From Minisyncoccota bacterium (GTDB lineage: Bacteria > Patescibacteriota > Minisyncoccia > UBA6257), in NCBI GenBank assembly GCA_028694995.1, contig JAQVJU010000001.1, forward strand, positions 80,492 to 144,491: a DNA stretch of 64,000 nucleotides, in the 5' to 3' direction. Positions 47,781 through 57,297 of this stretch are shown here, in pieces. A program made the translations under genes and the position numbers. Below the pieces are notes generated by a model. The model was not told the origin of the DNA, made no database searches, and worked only from the letters and a program-made list of their open reading frames with translations. The first letter of the stretch is position 1; every line of letters begins with the position of its first letter.

Positions 47781-48492
47781 AAAAATACATATTGAAGATA
47801 AGAATATTGATGGGAAGTTTGAAGAAACAACATCTTGCGGAGAATTTTTAAAACGAATACGCCTAGATAAAGGGTATAGTATAGAAAAAACCGCTGAAGA
47901 AACAAAGATATTGGCTTCTATTATCAAGGATATAGAAAATAATGCTTATGAAAATTTACCGCCCCCAGTTTATTTAAGAGGCATTATTAAAAAATACGCT
48001 AATTTTTTAAAATTAGATGAAGAAAAAACATTAGCTCTTTATCAGAAAAGTAATGGCAGGAATTTGTCTTCTGGTAAAAATGATTTACCACCTAAAAACA
48101 GATTCTTTATCAATGAATCAAAGTTTTCCTTGTTTTTTAAAAATGTTTTACCGCAATTTTTAAGATGGATATTTTGGTTTTTAATTTTATCCTACTTTAT
48201 TTACGAAGCAAGTTTTTTCATTCTGCCAGCAAAGATAATTCTCTATTCGCCATTGGAAGATTTTACTACGATTCAGCCAGAGCTTAAGATATCAGGCAAG
48301 GTTATTCGCGCTAAGGGATTTTTTGTTAAAGACAAGGAGATATTTTTAGAAAAAAATGGTGAATTTAATGATAAGATTATGCTTTTGCCTGGACTTAATA
48401 ATATTGAATTTAAGGCAATAAATATTTTAAATCACATTAGCTCAATTGAACGACAAATTATTTATACCCCGATTGATTTGTCTGATGAATAA
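47761..48492 (+). CDS. RodZ-like HTH (XRE-type) membrane protein
   Basis: It has an N-terminal HTH ([22 protein letters not shown]), a central TM helix and a C-terminal extracytoplasmic domain. Confidence 0.45.
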   Translation: MIMAENKKIHIEDKNIDGKFEETTSCGEFLKRIRLDKGYSIEKTAEETKILASIIKDIENNAYENLPPPVYLRGIIKKYANFLKLDEEKTLALYQKSNGRNLSSGKNDLPPKNRFFINESKFSLFFKNVLPQFLRWIFWFLILSYFIYEASFFILPAKIILYSPLEDFTTIQPELKISGKVIRAKGFFVKDKEIFLEKNGEFNDKIMLLPGLNNIEFKAINILNHISSIERQIIYTPIDLSDE

Positions 48493-48545
48493 AAAGATGT
48501 AAGTTGCAGAACTTTTTAATAATTGTTAATATAATTTTTATTAAT

Positions 48546-49571
48546 ATGGCAAAAAAATCATTAAAGACAATAAAAAACAAACCAGAGAATAAAGGAACAA
48601 AAGAAGATCAGGTTTTAGAACAAACCTTGAAAGATTTACAAGATAGATTTGGAGAAGGAGCAATAATGAAATTAGGAGGGGTTAAAAAAGTTAATGTTGA
48701 TGTTATTCCTACTGGTTCTCCTTCTTTAGATTTAGCTCTTGGAGTTGGTGGAATCCCTCGTGGCAGAATTACAGAAATTTATGGCGCTGAGTCTTCAGGC
48801 AAAACAACATTAGTTCTTCATATTGTTGCTGAAGTGCAAAAAAAAGGAGGTAAGGCTGCTTTTATAGATTCAGAACATGCTCTAGATCCAGATTATGCTC
48901 AAAAGATTGGAGTTAAAGTTAAGGATTTATTAATTTCCCAACCAGACAATGGAGAACAGGCCTTAGATATTGTTGAGTCTTTGGTTCGTTCAGGAGTTAT
49001 TAATTTGATTATTGTTGATTCTGTGGCCGCTTTAACACCACAGGCTGAGATAGAAGGAGAAATGGGAGATCAGACCATAGGTTTGCAAGCGCGTTTAATG
49101 AGCCGGGCTTTAAGAAAATTAACAGCCATTGCTGCAAAAACCAACACGGCAATCATTTTTACTAATCAGACAAGGATGCAAATAGGAATGGTTATGTTTG
49201 GCAATCCAACCACAACACCAGGAGGCAAGGCATTAAAGTTTTACAGCTCAGTCAGGATTGAATTAAGGAGAACCGCTCAGATTAAAAAAGGCGATGAGAT
49301 TATTGGTTCGCGAATTAAAGCAAAAGTGGTTAAGAATAAAGTGGCGCCTCCATTTAGAGAAACAGAATTTGATATTCTTTATAACGAAGGAATATCTTTT
49401 AGCGGTGATTTATTAAATTTGGGATTAAAAAAAGAAATAGTAACAAAATCTGGATTGACCTTTAGTTTTGGGGATATAAAGTTAGGGGCTGGATTTGAAA
49501 CAGCCAGAAATTTCTTAAAAGAAAATCCAAAGATAGCAAAAGATCTTTGGCAACAAATAATAAAAACATAG
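48546..49571 (+). CDS. recA: Recombinase RecA
   Basis: It has Walker [11 protein letters not shown] and the L1/L2 loop regions. The start chosen is MAKKSLK (the track starts at 48504). Confidence 0.95.
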   Translation: MAKKSLKTIKNKPENKGTKEDQVLEQTLKDLQDRFGEGAIMKLGGVKKVNVDVIPTGSPSLDLALGVGGIPRGRITEIYGAESSGKTTLVLHIVAEVQKKGGKAAFIDSEHALDPDYAQKIGVKVKDLLISQPDNGEQALDIVESLVRSGVINLIIVDSVAALTPQAEIEGEMGDQTIGLQARLMSRALRKLTAIAAKTNTAIIFTNQTRMQIGMVMFGNPTTTPGGKALKFYSSVRIELRRTAQIKKGDEIIGSRIKAKVVKNKVAPPFRETEFDILYNEGISFSGDLLNLGLKKEIVTKSGLTFSFGDIKLGAGFETARNFLKENPKIAKDLWQQIIKT

Positions 49572-49575
49572 CATT

Positions 49576-50058
49576 ATGGTGAAAAAAGAAAAAAATATTT
49601 GTAATTATGAATTAACTCTTTGGCTTTCTCCAGAGTTTAATGAAAAGGAAGCTGAATTAAAGTTTAATAGTTTGTTAAAAGAATTAGAGGGAATGGGCGC
49701 AATCATAAATGTTTCCCAATTGCCTCAATTAAAACCCTTGGGCTATCCCATAAGGAAAAACAAGGCTATTCATCTGAATGCCTATTTTGCCTTTATTCAA
49801 TTTGGATTAGGTGGAGATTTGATGAATGCTTTACAGAAAAAATTAAATCTTAATACTGATTTGATTCGTTTTATTATTGTGCGTAAGGAAATAAAACAAA
49901 CAATTAAAATTTCTCCTTCTACTTTTAAAAAATCACTATTAAAATCACAAATAAAAGAGGATAAAAAATTAGAAAAAACTTTAAAAGATAAAAAACCAGA
50001 AACAGAAATTAGCGTAGAGGAATTAGATAAAAAGCTAAATGAGATTTTGAACAAATAA
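49576..50058 (+). CDS. rpsF: 30S ribosomal protein S6 with K/E-rich C-terminal extension
   Basis: It matches the S6 core blocks (YELTLWLSPEF / LGYPIRKNKAIHLNAYFAF / LIRFIIVRKE). It lies immediately upstream of ssb. Confidence 0.65.
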   Translation: MVKKEKNICNYELTLWLSPEFNEKEAELKFNSLLKELEGMGAIINVSQLPQLKPLGYPIRKNKAIHLNAYFAFIQFGLGGDLMNALQKKLNLNTDLIRFIIVRKEIKQTIKISPSTFKKSLLKSQIKEDKKLEKTLKDKKPETEISVEELDKKLNEILNK

Positions 50059-50094
50059 ACGGTGGTTTTGGTCGAAAATTAACAATAAAAAACC

Positions 50095-50538
50095 ATGTAT
50101 TTAAATAAAGTTTTCATTATTGGAAATTTAACTCGGGATGTTGATCTTCGAACCACTCCTTCAGGGCGCTCAGTGGCTAATTTTGGAGTGGCAACTAATC
50201 GGGTTTGGAATGATGCTAATGGGCAAAGACAACAGGAAACAGAATTTCATAATGTGGTTGTTTGGGGGAAAATGGCTGAGCTTTGTAATCAATATCTTGC
50301 AAAAGGGCGGTCAGTGTTAGTAGAGGGGAGAATAAGAACAAGAAGTTGGGTTGATTCAAATGAGCAAAAAAGGACCAGGACAGAGATTGTGGCTGAGAAT
50401 GTTAGATTTGGTCCAAGGAGAGTGCAAGAAGAAGATCAATTTAAAATGCCTCCAGAGCAACCAGAGGCAGGAATTGAAGATTTGCCAGTTTTAGAAGAAG
50501 ATTCAGGAGAAATTATGTCTGATGATATTCCTTTTTAA
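50095..50538 (+). CDS. ssb: Single-stranded DNA-binding protein
   Basis: It has the OB fold ([29 protein letters not shown]) and the acidic tail DDIPF. Confidence 0.9.
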   Translation: MYLNKVFIIGNLTRDVDLRTTPSGRSVANFGVATNRVWNDANGQRQQETEFHNVVVWGKMAELCNQYLAKGRSVLVEGRIRTRSWVDSNEQKRTRTEIVAENVRFGPRRVQEEDQFKMPPEQPEAGIEDLPVLEEDSGEIMSDDIPF

Positions 50539-51562
50539 ACGCTTGTATAATATCTTTTAATCCTTCTCCGCTTAAAACTTCATCTATATGATGCCATGAT
50601 TTTTTTAAGCGGTGGTCAGTAATACGATCTTGAGGAAAGTTATAGGTACGTATTTTTTCACTTCTTTCGGCGCTGCCTATTTGGTCGCGCCTTTCTTTTT
50701 TTGCCTTACCAATCAATTCTTCTTCCTGAAGGTCATATAATTTATTTTTTAAAATCTCAAGGGCTTTTTCCCTGTTTTGGTTTTGATGCCTTTCACTTTG
50801 ACAGGCAACAAAGATGCCAGTAGGTTTATGAAAAAGACGAACAGCAGTCTCTACTTTATTGACATTCTGACCGCCAGGACCAGAAGATCTAAAAAAGGTT
50901 TCTTCAATTTCTTCTGGTTTAATTGTTATCTCAATATTTTTCATTTGGGGTAAGATAGCCACAGTAGCTGTGGAAGTATGGATTCGTCCTGATTTTTCTG
51001 TAATGGGGACTCTTTGCACTCGATGAACCCCAGCTTCTTGTTTTAATTCATTAAAAGATTCTTTGCTGTCTATTTCTAAAATACCCTCTTTTAAGCCCCC
51101 AAGAGAGGTTTTGCTAATATCAATTACTTTTATTGGCCAACCTTGGATATTAGCATAGCGACTATACATTGTGAATAAATCTAAGGCAAATAAACCTGCT
51201 TCTTCACCTCCAGTGCCAGCTCTAATTTCAAGAATAATACTTTTAATATTATTTAAATCATTGCTTGAGGTCTGTTCGGTTTGTAATTTTTGAGATAAAG
51301 ATTCTTTTAAATCTGTGTTTTTCTGCAATTCTTCCTTAGCTAAGGTCAAGAGTTCATTATCAGTTTCTTCTGCTAAGATCTCTTCTGCTTCTTTTATCTT
51401 TTTTTCTGCTCGCGCTATCTCTTTTTGAGTATTAAGTTCTTTTTCAATTTTTTTTAATTCACGAGAAGCTTGTTCAAATTTTGTTTTATCAGAAAGAAAC
51501 TCAGGGTCACTGAGTTTCTTTAAAAGTTCTTCTTTTTTCTTTTGTAATTCATTCAAATTCAT
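50513..51562 (-). CDS. prfA: Peptide chain release factor 1
   Basis: It has GGQ ([16 protein letters not shown]) and the RF1-type tripeptide region [16 protein letters not shown] (PxT). It is full length at 349 aa. Confidence 0.9.
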   Translation of the reverse strand: MNLNELQKKKEELLKKLSDPEFLSDKTKFEQASRELKKIEKELNTQKEIARAEKKIKEAEEILAEETDNELLTLAKEELQKNTDLKESLSQKLQTEQTSSNDLNNIKSIILEIRAGTGGEEAGLFALDLFTMYSRYANIQGWPIKVIDISKTSLGGLKEGILEIDSKESFNELKQEAGVHRVQRVPITEKSGRIHTSTATVAILPQMKNIEITIKPEEIEETFFRSSGPGGQNVNKVETAVRLFHKPTGIFVACQSERHQNQNREKALEILKNKLYDLQEEELIGKAKKERRDQIGSAERSEKIRTYNFPQDRITDHRLKKSWHHIDEVLSGEGLKDIIQAFKKEYHQT

Positions 51563-51852
51563 TTGGTTTCTTTTTTGGTTTTGGATTTTCGGCGTGATTC
51601 TTTGTCTTTTTTGACTTTTTTCTTAGGGGATTTTTTAACAGCTAAGGTTTCTGTCTTTTCAAGACGTTTTTTAAATTTTTGCACTTGTCCTGTAGTGTCA
51701 ACTAATTTTTTTTGTCCAGTATAAAAAGGATGACACTGAGAACAGATTTCCACTTCTATTTTTTCTGTTGTTGCCCCCACAGTAAACTCAGCGCCGCAAG
51801 TGCAAGTTGCTTTTGCTTTGTTATAATATGGGGGATGAATGTTCTTTTTCAT
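51559..51852 (-). CDS. rpmE: 50S ribosomal protein L31 with K-rich C-terminal tail
   Basis: It begins [10 protein letters not shown] and has a CxxC...CxxC zinc ribbon. Confidence 0.85.
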   Translation of the reverse strand: MKKNIHPPYYNKAKATCTCGAEFTVGATTEKIEVEICSQCHPFYTGQKKLVDTTGQVQKFKKRLEKTETLAVKKSPKKKVKKDKESRRKSKTKKETK

Positions 51853-51896
51853 AGCAAACCTATAATAGCAGAAAAAACTTTTAAAATCAATTAGGA

Positions 51897-51998
51897 CTTG
51901 ACTTATAATTAAAAAGATGCTAATATACTAGTGTCCTCTTGTAAAGAGGGTAACCCCACTGGAACGCTGTGATTTTTAACAATCACAGCGTTTTTTTA
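51897..51998 (+). promoter_or_regulatory. Promoter (TTGACT-N17-TAATAT) driving a short two-hairpin transcript ending in an intrinsic terminator/attenuator, upstream of rpsB
   Basis: The -35/-10 lie at about 51897-51925. Hairpin 1 is CCTCTTgtaaAGAGGG. Hairpin 2 is AACGCTGTGATT-tttaac-AATCACAGCGTT, followed by TTTTTTT (51963-51998). Confidence 0.35.
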
Positions 51999-52056
51999 TT
52001 GAAATTATTTGCTTTTCTTGATTCCAGGCGCTTTTTATGGTAAATTAAAACACACT

Positions 52057-52794
52057 ATGACAGAAAATAAACAATCACAAATAATTGACCCAGAAGAGGT
52101 ATTAGATGCTGAAAAGAATCAAAAAGACAATGATTTGGAAGAAATGAAAAAAGCAGGCTTGCATTATGGGCATAAGAGAACTTACAATCATCCTCGAGCT
52201 GATTATTTTACCTTAAAATCGTCAGCAGAAATTGCTTTAATTGATTTAGATGAAACAAAAAAAGGACTTCAGGCAGCGGTAGATTTTATTAAAGAAATAA
52301 TTAAAAACAAAGGGGTGATTCTTTTTGTTGGCACTACAGGAGGCGCGCAAAAAGCAGTAAAAGAATTGAGTAAAAAACATGATTTTCCTTATGTGATAAA
52401 CCGATGGTTAGGAGGAACTTTGACAAATTTTCAAACACTTAGTGATAGGATTAAACATCTACAAGAATTAGAAGACAAGCAAAAATCAGGTGAATGGAGT
52501 AATTATACTAAACAAGAAAAAAAGAAGTTAGAGGAAGAGATTTATGATTTAGAACAGAAGTTTATTGGTTTGAAGAATATGTCTCGACTACCAGATGCTT
52601 TGTTTGTTGTTGACCCTAAGATTCATAAAACAGCAATTAGAGAAGCTCAAAAAAAAGAAATTCCTATTATTTCCATTCTGGATACTGATGATGATCCCAC
52701 TAAGGTTAATTATCCGATTCCAGCTAATGATAGTGCTAAATCTTCAATAGAATATATTTTATCTAAAATTGATGCAATAATAGAAAAACCTTAA
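52057..52794 (+). CDS. rpsB: 30S ribosomal protein S2
   Basis: It has the S2 core (LHYGHKRTYNHPRADYF, VILFVGT). The start chosen is MTENKQ (the track starts at 52009). Confidence 0.9.
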   Translation: MTENKQSQIIDPEEVLDAEKNQKDNDLEEMKKAGLHYGHKRTYNHPRADYFTLKSSAEIALIDLDETKKGLQAAVDFIKEIIKNKGVILFVGTTGGAQKAVKELSKKHDFPYVINRWLGGTLTNFQTLSDRIKHLQELEDKQKSGEWSNYTKQEKKKLEEEIYDLEQKFIGLKNMSRLPDALFVVDPKIHKTAIREAQKKEIPIISILDTDDDPTKVNYPIPANDSAKSSIEYILSKIDAIIEKP

Positions 52795-52816
52795 ATTTAA
52801 TAACTATACAAATACA

Positions 52817-53404
52817 ATGAAAGCTAAAATACAAGATGTTCAAAAATTAAGAGAGCAAACTCAAGCACCAGTAATAGAATGTAAAAAAGCCTTAGAAGAA
52901 GCTGAGGGGAATTTAGAAAAAGCTGGTCAAATTTTAAAAAAAAGAGGAGAATTAAGAGCAGAAAAAAAAGAAGAAAGTAGCACTAAGAGTGGAGTGGTTG
53001 AATCTTATATCCACTCAAATCATCAGGTTGGAGCTTTAATAGAATTGCGTTGTGAAACAGATTTTGTAGCTAAGAATACAGAATTTAAACAATTGGCTTA
53101 TAATCTGGCTATGCAAGTTACTGCTTTAAATCCAAAATATGTTTCCTTTGATCAAATGCCTCAGGAAATTATTGAAGCACAGAAAAAAGAATATGCTGAA
53201 GAATTAAAAGATTCAAAAAAACCACCTGAGATAGTAGAAAAGATAATAAAAGGCAAATTAGAAAAGGATTTTTTGGAACTTTGTTTAGAGCAGCAAATAT
53301 ACATTAAAGATGAAACAAAAACTATTGAACAATTGATTAAAGAAGCAACAGCTAAATTTGGTGAGAAAATAGAAATTAGTCGTTTTATTCGTTTTCAAAT
53401 CTAA
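52817..53404 (+). CDS. tsf: Elongation factor Ts (short form)
   Basis: It has the N-terminal UBA-like VQKLREQTQAPVIECKKALEEAEGNLEKA and is 195 aa. Confidence 0.85.
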   Translation: MKAKIQDVQKLREQTQAPVIECKKALEEAEGNLEKAGQILKKRGELRAEKKEESSTKSGVVESYIHSNHQVGALIELRCETDFVAKNTEFKQLAYNLAMQVTALNPKYVSFDQMPQEIIEAQKKEYAEELKDSKKPPEIVEKIIKGKLEKDFLELCLEQQIYIKDETKTIEQLIKEATAKFGEKIEISRFIRFQI

Positions 53405-53407
53405 GAT

Positions 53408-54007
53408 ATGTTTAATATTATTCCCTCCCTTCTTATTATCTTGGGAATTGCCGGATTGGTTTACATATTTCAACACAGGCAAAATAAAGAATCTATTATT
53501 AAGGGAGAGGAGGAATTTGCAAAAATAAAAAAAGAAAAGAAAAAACTGCTAGAAAAATTACAGACAAAGTTAAGTTATCAAAAAGTTGGTAGTGGTATTT
53601 ATTCTTTAACAGAGAAAGTATTGGTTCGTTCTCGGATAATAGTATTAAGGATTGATAAAACTATTTCAGCAAATTTAACAAAGATAAGAATTAGGAAAAA
53701 AACTCCTGATTTTAAAGGAAGCGAAGATATTATAAAATCTTTTACTGAGAAAACATCTTTGGAAAATAGCGCAGAAATAGATAATAAGCTTGATAGTTTG
53801 CAAGAAGAAAAAAAATTATTAAAAAAAATCAATAGAAATCCAGAAAGCTTAGCTGCTTTTAAAAATTTGGCTCGTATTTATCTCTGGCGAAAAGATTTTT
53901 CTTCTGCTCGTTGGGCTTTGCTTCAAGCTTATCATCTAGATAAAGAAGATAATGTTGTTCAGGATTTATTAATTGAATTGTATGAAAAAAGAGGCGGGGC
54001 GAGATAA
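53408..54007 (+). CDS. Membrane-anchored hypothetical protein with charged coiled-coil and TPR-like C-terminus
   Basis: It has a single N-terminal TM helix. There is no family match. Confidence 0.3.
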   Translation: MFNIIPSLLIILGIAGLVYIFQHRQNKESIIKGEEEFAKIKKEKKKLLEKLQTKLSYQKVGSGIYSLTEKVLVRSRIIVLRIDKTISANLTKIRIRKKTPDFKGSEDIIKSFTEKTSLENSAEIDNKLDSLQEEKKLLKKINRNPESLAAFKNLARIYLWRKDFSSARWALLQAYHLDKEDNVVQDLLIELYEKRGGAR

Positions 54008-54018
54008 TTATTTTTAAT

Positions 54019-54090
54019 GCCGAGGTAGCTCAACGGCAGAGCAACGGTTTTGTAAACCGTAGGTTGGAGGTTCAAATCCTCTCCTCGGCT
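54019..54090 (+). tRNA. tRNA-Thr (anticodon UGU)
   Basis: GCCGAGGTAGCTCAACGGCAGAGCAACGGTTTTGTAAACCGTAGGTTGGAGGTTCAAATCCTCTCCTCGGCT forms a cloverleaf with an anticodon stem ACGGT/ACCGT. Confidence 0.85.
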
Positions 54091-54098
54091 CTTAATCT

Positions 54099-54185
54099 GG
54101 GCAGGTGGCAGAGTGGACAATTGCACGAGACTGTAAATCTCGCGGCCTTAGGCCTCCATAGGTTCGAATCCTATCCTGCCCACCA
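54099..54185 (+). tRNA. tRNA-Tyr (anticodon GUA), long variable arm, CCA encoded
   Basis: GGGCAGGTGGCAGAGTGG...GACTGTAAATCTCG...GGTTCGAATCCTATCCTGCCCACCA. Confidence 0.85.
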
Positions 54186-54193
54186 GAACCTAA

Positions 54194-54265
54194 GCCGAAG
54201 TAGTTCAGTGGCAGAACGCTTTCTTGGTAAGAAAGAGGTCGTGGGTTCAATTCCCACCTTCGGCT
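54194..54265 (+). tRNA. tRNA-Thr (anticodon GGU)
   Basis: GCCGAAGTAGTTCAGTGGCAGAACGCTTTCTTGGTAAGAAAGAGGTCGTGGGTTCAATTCCCACCTTCGGCT. Confidence 0.85.
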
Positions 54266-54295
54266 CAGAACAATAATAAATAGCAAAAATCAGTC

Positions 54296-54454
54296 ATGAA
54301 AAAAGAACATATTGTTAAATTACAATGCACAGAATGCAAACAAATAAATTATTATACTCGACGTAATAAGAAATTAGTTGAGCGTAAGTTAGAATTTAAA
54401 AAATATTGCCCTTGGTGTCGTAAACATACAATTCATAAAGAAGGCAAAAAATAA
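54296..54454 (+). CDS. rpmG: 50S ribosomal protein L33
   Basis: Manual translation gives [52 protein letters not shown] (52 aa, zinc ribbon). It is below the ORF-track cutoff. Confidence 0.85.
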   Translation: MKKEHIVKLQCTECKQINYYTRRNKKLVERKLEFKKYCPWCRKHTIHKEGKK

Positions 54455-54480
54455 CAATATTTGATAAAATACATTCTAGA

Positions 54481-54553
54481 AGGGGCGTAGCTCAATTGGC
54501 AGAGTAGCGGTCTCCAAAACCGTTGGTTACAGGTTCGAGTCCTGTCGCCCCTG
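54481..54553 (+). tRNA. tRNA-Trp (anticodon CCA)
   Basis: AGGGGCGTAGCTCAATTGGCAGAGTAGCGGTCTCCAAAACCGTTGGTTACAGGTTCGAGTCCTGTCGCCCCTG has an anticodon loop CTCCAAA. Confidence 0.8.
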
Positions 54554-54558
54554 CTCAT

Positions 54559-54582
54559 AAATCGCTTTAAGGGCGATTTTTT
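54559..54582 (+). terminator. Intrinsic terminator after tRNA cluster
   Basis: AAATCGC-tttaagg-GCGATTT is followed by TTT. Confidence 0.6.
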
Positions 54583-54597
54583 GATACAATAAAATAC

Positions 54598-55527
54598 ATG
54601 GAAAATATTATTGAAGTTAAACAATTAAAGAAAGATTTTGATGGTTTTGATGCAGTGAATAATATTACCTTTAATGTGAAAAAAGGTGAGGTTTTTGGTT
54701 TGTTAGGACCTAATGGAGCTGGCAAAACCACAACCATAAGAATGTTAATAGGAATATTAAAACCAACTCAAGGTGAGGTTTTTATAAAAGAATACAATGT
54801 TAGGAAAGAACCAATTAAAGTAAAGCAAATAATGGGAATTGTTCCTGAATTTGCTGATGCTTATACAGATTTATCTGCTTTGAGAAATCTTTTATTAACT
54901 GGAGAATTATATGGAATAGAAAGAAAGAAAAGTATTCAAAAAGCTATATCTTTATTAAAAAAGTTTGAATTATATGAAAAAAGACATCAAAAAGTAAAAA
55001 CTTTTTCAAAAGGAATGAGGCAGAGATTGATTTTAGCCATGGCCTTAATGAATGATGCAGAAATTTTGTTTTTAGATGAACCCACCTCTGGATTAGATGT
55101 AGAAAGTACAAGATTAATCAGGCAACTTATTAGAAAATTTAACAAAGATGGGGTTACTATTTTTCTTACTACTCATAATATAGAAGAAGCAGATTTACTT
55201 TGTGACCGAGTGGCCATAATGAATCAAGGGAAAATTATAGCTATTGATCGCCCTGAATTATTAAAAAACATTATGAAAAAGATTTCTTCTATAGAAGTGG
55301 CTTTTAAAAAAGATTTAAAGGAGGAAGATTTGTATTTTAAGGGAGTTGAAAAGGTTAATAAGATGGGGGATAAATTTCGTATATTTGGTGAAAAAACATT
55401 AGAGATTATTCTCTCTTTAATAAAATATTCTAGAAAATCTGAAAATGAAATCATTTCTTTAAGAATGATAGAGCCAAGTTTAGAAGATATTTTTGTAAAA
55501 TTAACAAATAAAAATGAAAATCCTTGA
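54598..55527 (+). CDS. ABC transporter ATP-binding protein (ABC-2/export type)
   Basis: It has Walker A GPNGAGKTT, the signature SKGMRQRL and Walker B LFLDEPTSGLD. Confidence 0.85.
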   Translation: MENIIEVKQLKKDFDGFDAVNNITFNVKKGEVFGLLGPNGAGKTTTIRMLIGILKPTQGEVFIKEYNVRKEPIKVKQIMGIVPEFADAYTDLSALRNLLLTGELYGIERKKSIQKAISLLKKFELYEKRHQKVKTFSKGMRQRLILAMALMNDAEILFLDEPTSGLDVESTRLIRQLIRKFNKDGVTIFLTTHNIEEADLLCDRVAIMNQGKIIAIDRPELLKNIMKKISSIEVAFKKDLKEEDLYFKGVEKVNKMGDKFRIFGEKTLEIILSLIKYSRKSENEIISLRMIEPSLEDIFVKLTNKNENP

Positions 55528-56254
55528 ACAATTAAAAAGATCTTTTGCGATTACTAAAAAAGATTTATCCATTTATTATTTAAAAGGATCAGTTATTATT
55601 CAGGGATTATTAATTCCAGGCTTTGTTTTTATTTCTTTTATTTTTAGAAGAGAAATGCCTATTGATTCAATAATTCCTGGTTTACTAGGTATGGCTTTGT
55701 TTTTTACAGTTTCTGCTATTACACCAGTAATTACTCCCTGGGAAACAAGGATGAGAACTTTTGAAAGATTAGTTTCTTCGCCAATTTATCTTTGGACAAT
55801 TATTTTAGGGGATATTGTAGCTTCGGTTTTATTTGGTCTTTTTGTGGTTTCCTTTATTATGCTAGCCGGTATTTTATTATTAGGTGTGGAGATTATTAGT
55901 TTTCCTTTAATTTTAGGAACTATAGTTGCTGCCTTTTGTTTTTCTAGTTTAGGGACTTTAATTTCAGCTCCACCAGCTGATAAACCCTCTGATATTATGC
56001 TCATTGCTTCTTTGATTAAATTTCCTTTAATTTTTATTAGTGGAGTTTTTGTTCCAATTACTGAAATGGGAAAACTTAAAATTTTATCTTTTTTTTCTCC
56101 TTTAACTTATTATACAGATTTGGCTAGATATTCTATGCAGGGGATTAGTTTACTTTCTCCCTTTGTTAATATTTTAATTCTTTTTATTTTTACGATTTTA
56201 TTGTTCTTGTTTTCTTTAATATGGCATCACAAGAGTTTAGATAAGAGATTTTAA
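55514..56254 (+). CDS. ABC-2 family transporter permease
   Basis: The 246 aa protein has 6 predicted TM helices. It overlaps the ATPase gene by 14 nt. Confidence 0.75.
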   Translation: MKILEQLKRSFAITKKDLSIYYLKGSVIIQGLLIPGFVFISFIFRREMPIDSIIPGLLGMALFFTVSAITPVITPWETRMRTFERLVSSPIYLWTIILGDIVASVLFGLFVVSFIMLAGILLLGVEIISFPLILGTIVAAFCFSSLGTLISAPPADKPSDIMLIASLIKFPLIFISGVFVPITEMGKLKILSFFSPLTYYTDLARYSMQGISLLSPFVNILILFIFTILLFLFSLIWHHKSLDKRF

Positions 56255-56304
56255 GAATAATTTATCTACAACAAATTAGGAGTTTTAGTTAGTATTTTTG
56301 TCAG

Positions 56305-56333
56305 TTGACCAATTTATATTCTAGTGGTATTAT
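56305..56333 (+). promoter_or_regulatory. Sigma70-like promoter copy A (TTGACC-N17-TATTAT)
   Basis: The consensus hexamers have 17-nt spacing. A near-identical copy lies at 57626-57654. Confidence 0.5.
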
Positions 56334-56389
56334 ATAAGATATCTTTTTGGGAATATTTTTTCTTAAAAAGAAAGAACTTTACAAAAAAA

Positions 56390-56533
56390 ATGAAAGAATC
56401 GATAAAAACAGAGCTTCAAAATCAAATTCAAGTATTGGAGCAAGAACAAATAAGAGTCGAAAATTTTATAGGAGAACAAGAAGGAAAGTTTAATTTATTT
56501 AGCTGGTTGATAAAATGGTTTAATAACGGCTAG
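56390..56533 (+). CDS. Small coiled-coil peptide (47 aa)
   Basis: The protein is MKESIKTELQNQIQVLEQEQIRVENFIGEQEGKFNLFSWLIKWFNNG. The ATG sits within the conserved leader. The track ORF 56324 has an implausible N-terminus overlapping the promoter. Confidence 0.35.
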   Translation: MKESIKTELQNQIQVLEQEQIRVENFIGEQEGKFNLFSWLIKWFNNG

Positions 56534-56629
56534 TTAATTTAGTTAGAAAAAAATAAATTTTAAAAGAGTAATCCATTAGAAGAAAACCCCGATAAAATAA
56601 AACATTATTTCGATAAGTAAGTTTGAGCG

Positions 56630-56645
56630 TTATCTATTAGGCTCT
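56630..56645. repeat. 16-bp direct repeat TTATCTATTAGGCTCT copy 1 (copy 2 at 57282-57297)
   Basis: The copies match exactly over 16 nt. The flanking AGC-N also matches. Confidence 0.6.
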
Positions 56646-56761
56646 GCCAAATATTGACTTTTAACATAAAATATGGTATATTTATAATACTCTAAAATAG
56701 AGTATTTTTAGTTCTTTAACAAAAATTAAAATATAAAAATTATAAGAAAGGAGAGAAGATA

Positions 56762-57196
56762 ATGGAAAATAAGATTAAGTTTTTTAATGATTTAAAAGAT
56801 TTGCCAAAAAAAGAAGAAATTCTTGAAATGAAGGTTGCAAAATGGATAAAATGGAGATATGATTTTGTGCCTGCTACAAGAGAAGGAAATAACTTCAGTG
56901 TATTAAACTTTGGACATGTGGAACAAGGGTTTCAAGAGATGGAACCAAATATTGTTGCAATTTTGGACCCAAAATACTGCTGGTTCGTTAGATTTTTCAT
57001 CGTCGAAGATTATGATGTTATAAGTTTAATCAATCTAAGCGATAAAGAAAATTGGACTATGGAAATATATGGTCGGGCGTATGTTGACTGTTTAACAAGA
57101 TTGGCAAAAAAGATGGCAAGAGATTTTAATGTTTCAATATCTTGTCATCTAGTCAAAGAAAAACCAGGATTTCTAAGTATTCCATACGTATGGTAA
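56762..57196 (+). CDS. Hypothetical protein (144 aa) in repeat-flanked cassette
   Basis: It has a strong RBS AAGAAAGGAGAG. No recognisable domain is present. Confidence 0.4.
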   Translation: MENKIKFFNDLKDLPKKEEILEMKVAKWIKWRYDFVPATREGNNFSVLNFGHVEQGFQEMEPNIVAILDPKYCWFVRFFIVEDYDVISLINLSDKENWTMEIYGRAYVDCLTRLAKKMARDFNVSISCHLVKEKPGFLSIPYVW

Positions 57197-57226
57197 AAAC
57201 AAAAGTTAAAATTTCTTTATCAATAT

Positions 57227-57261
57227 GCCCCAACAAAATTATTAATAGTTGGGGCTTTTTT
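57227..57261 (+). terminator. Intrinsic terminator
   Basis: GCCCCAAC-14 nt loop-TTGGGGC is followed by TTTTTT. Confidence 0.6.
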
Positions 57262-57281
57262 ATATTAAACAGGTTTAAGCA

Positions 57282-57297
57282 TTATCTATTAGGCTCT
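57282..57297. repeat. 16-bp direct repeat TTATCTATTAGGCTCT copy 2
   Basis: See copy 1. Confidence 0.6.

Noticed and set aside
54092-54286. Minus-strand 64-aa ORF (and 54433-54624, 63 aa) in the tRNA cluster
   Set aside because: It lies entirely antisense to tRNA-Tyr/Thr and tRNA-Trp/L33. It is a spurious ORF generated by GC-rich tRNA sequence.
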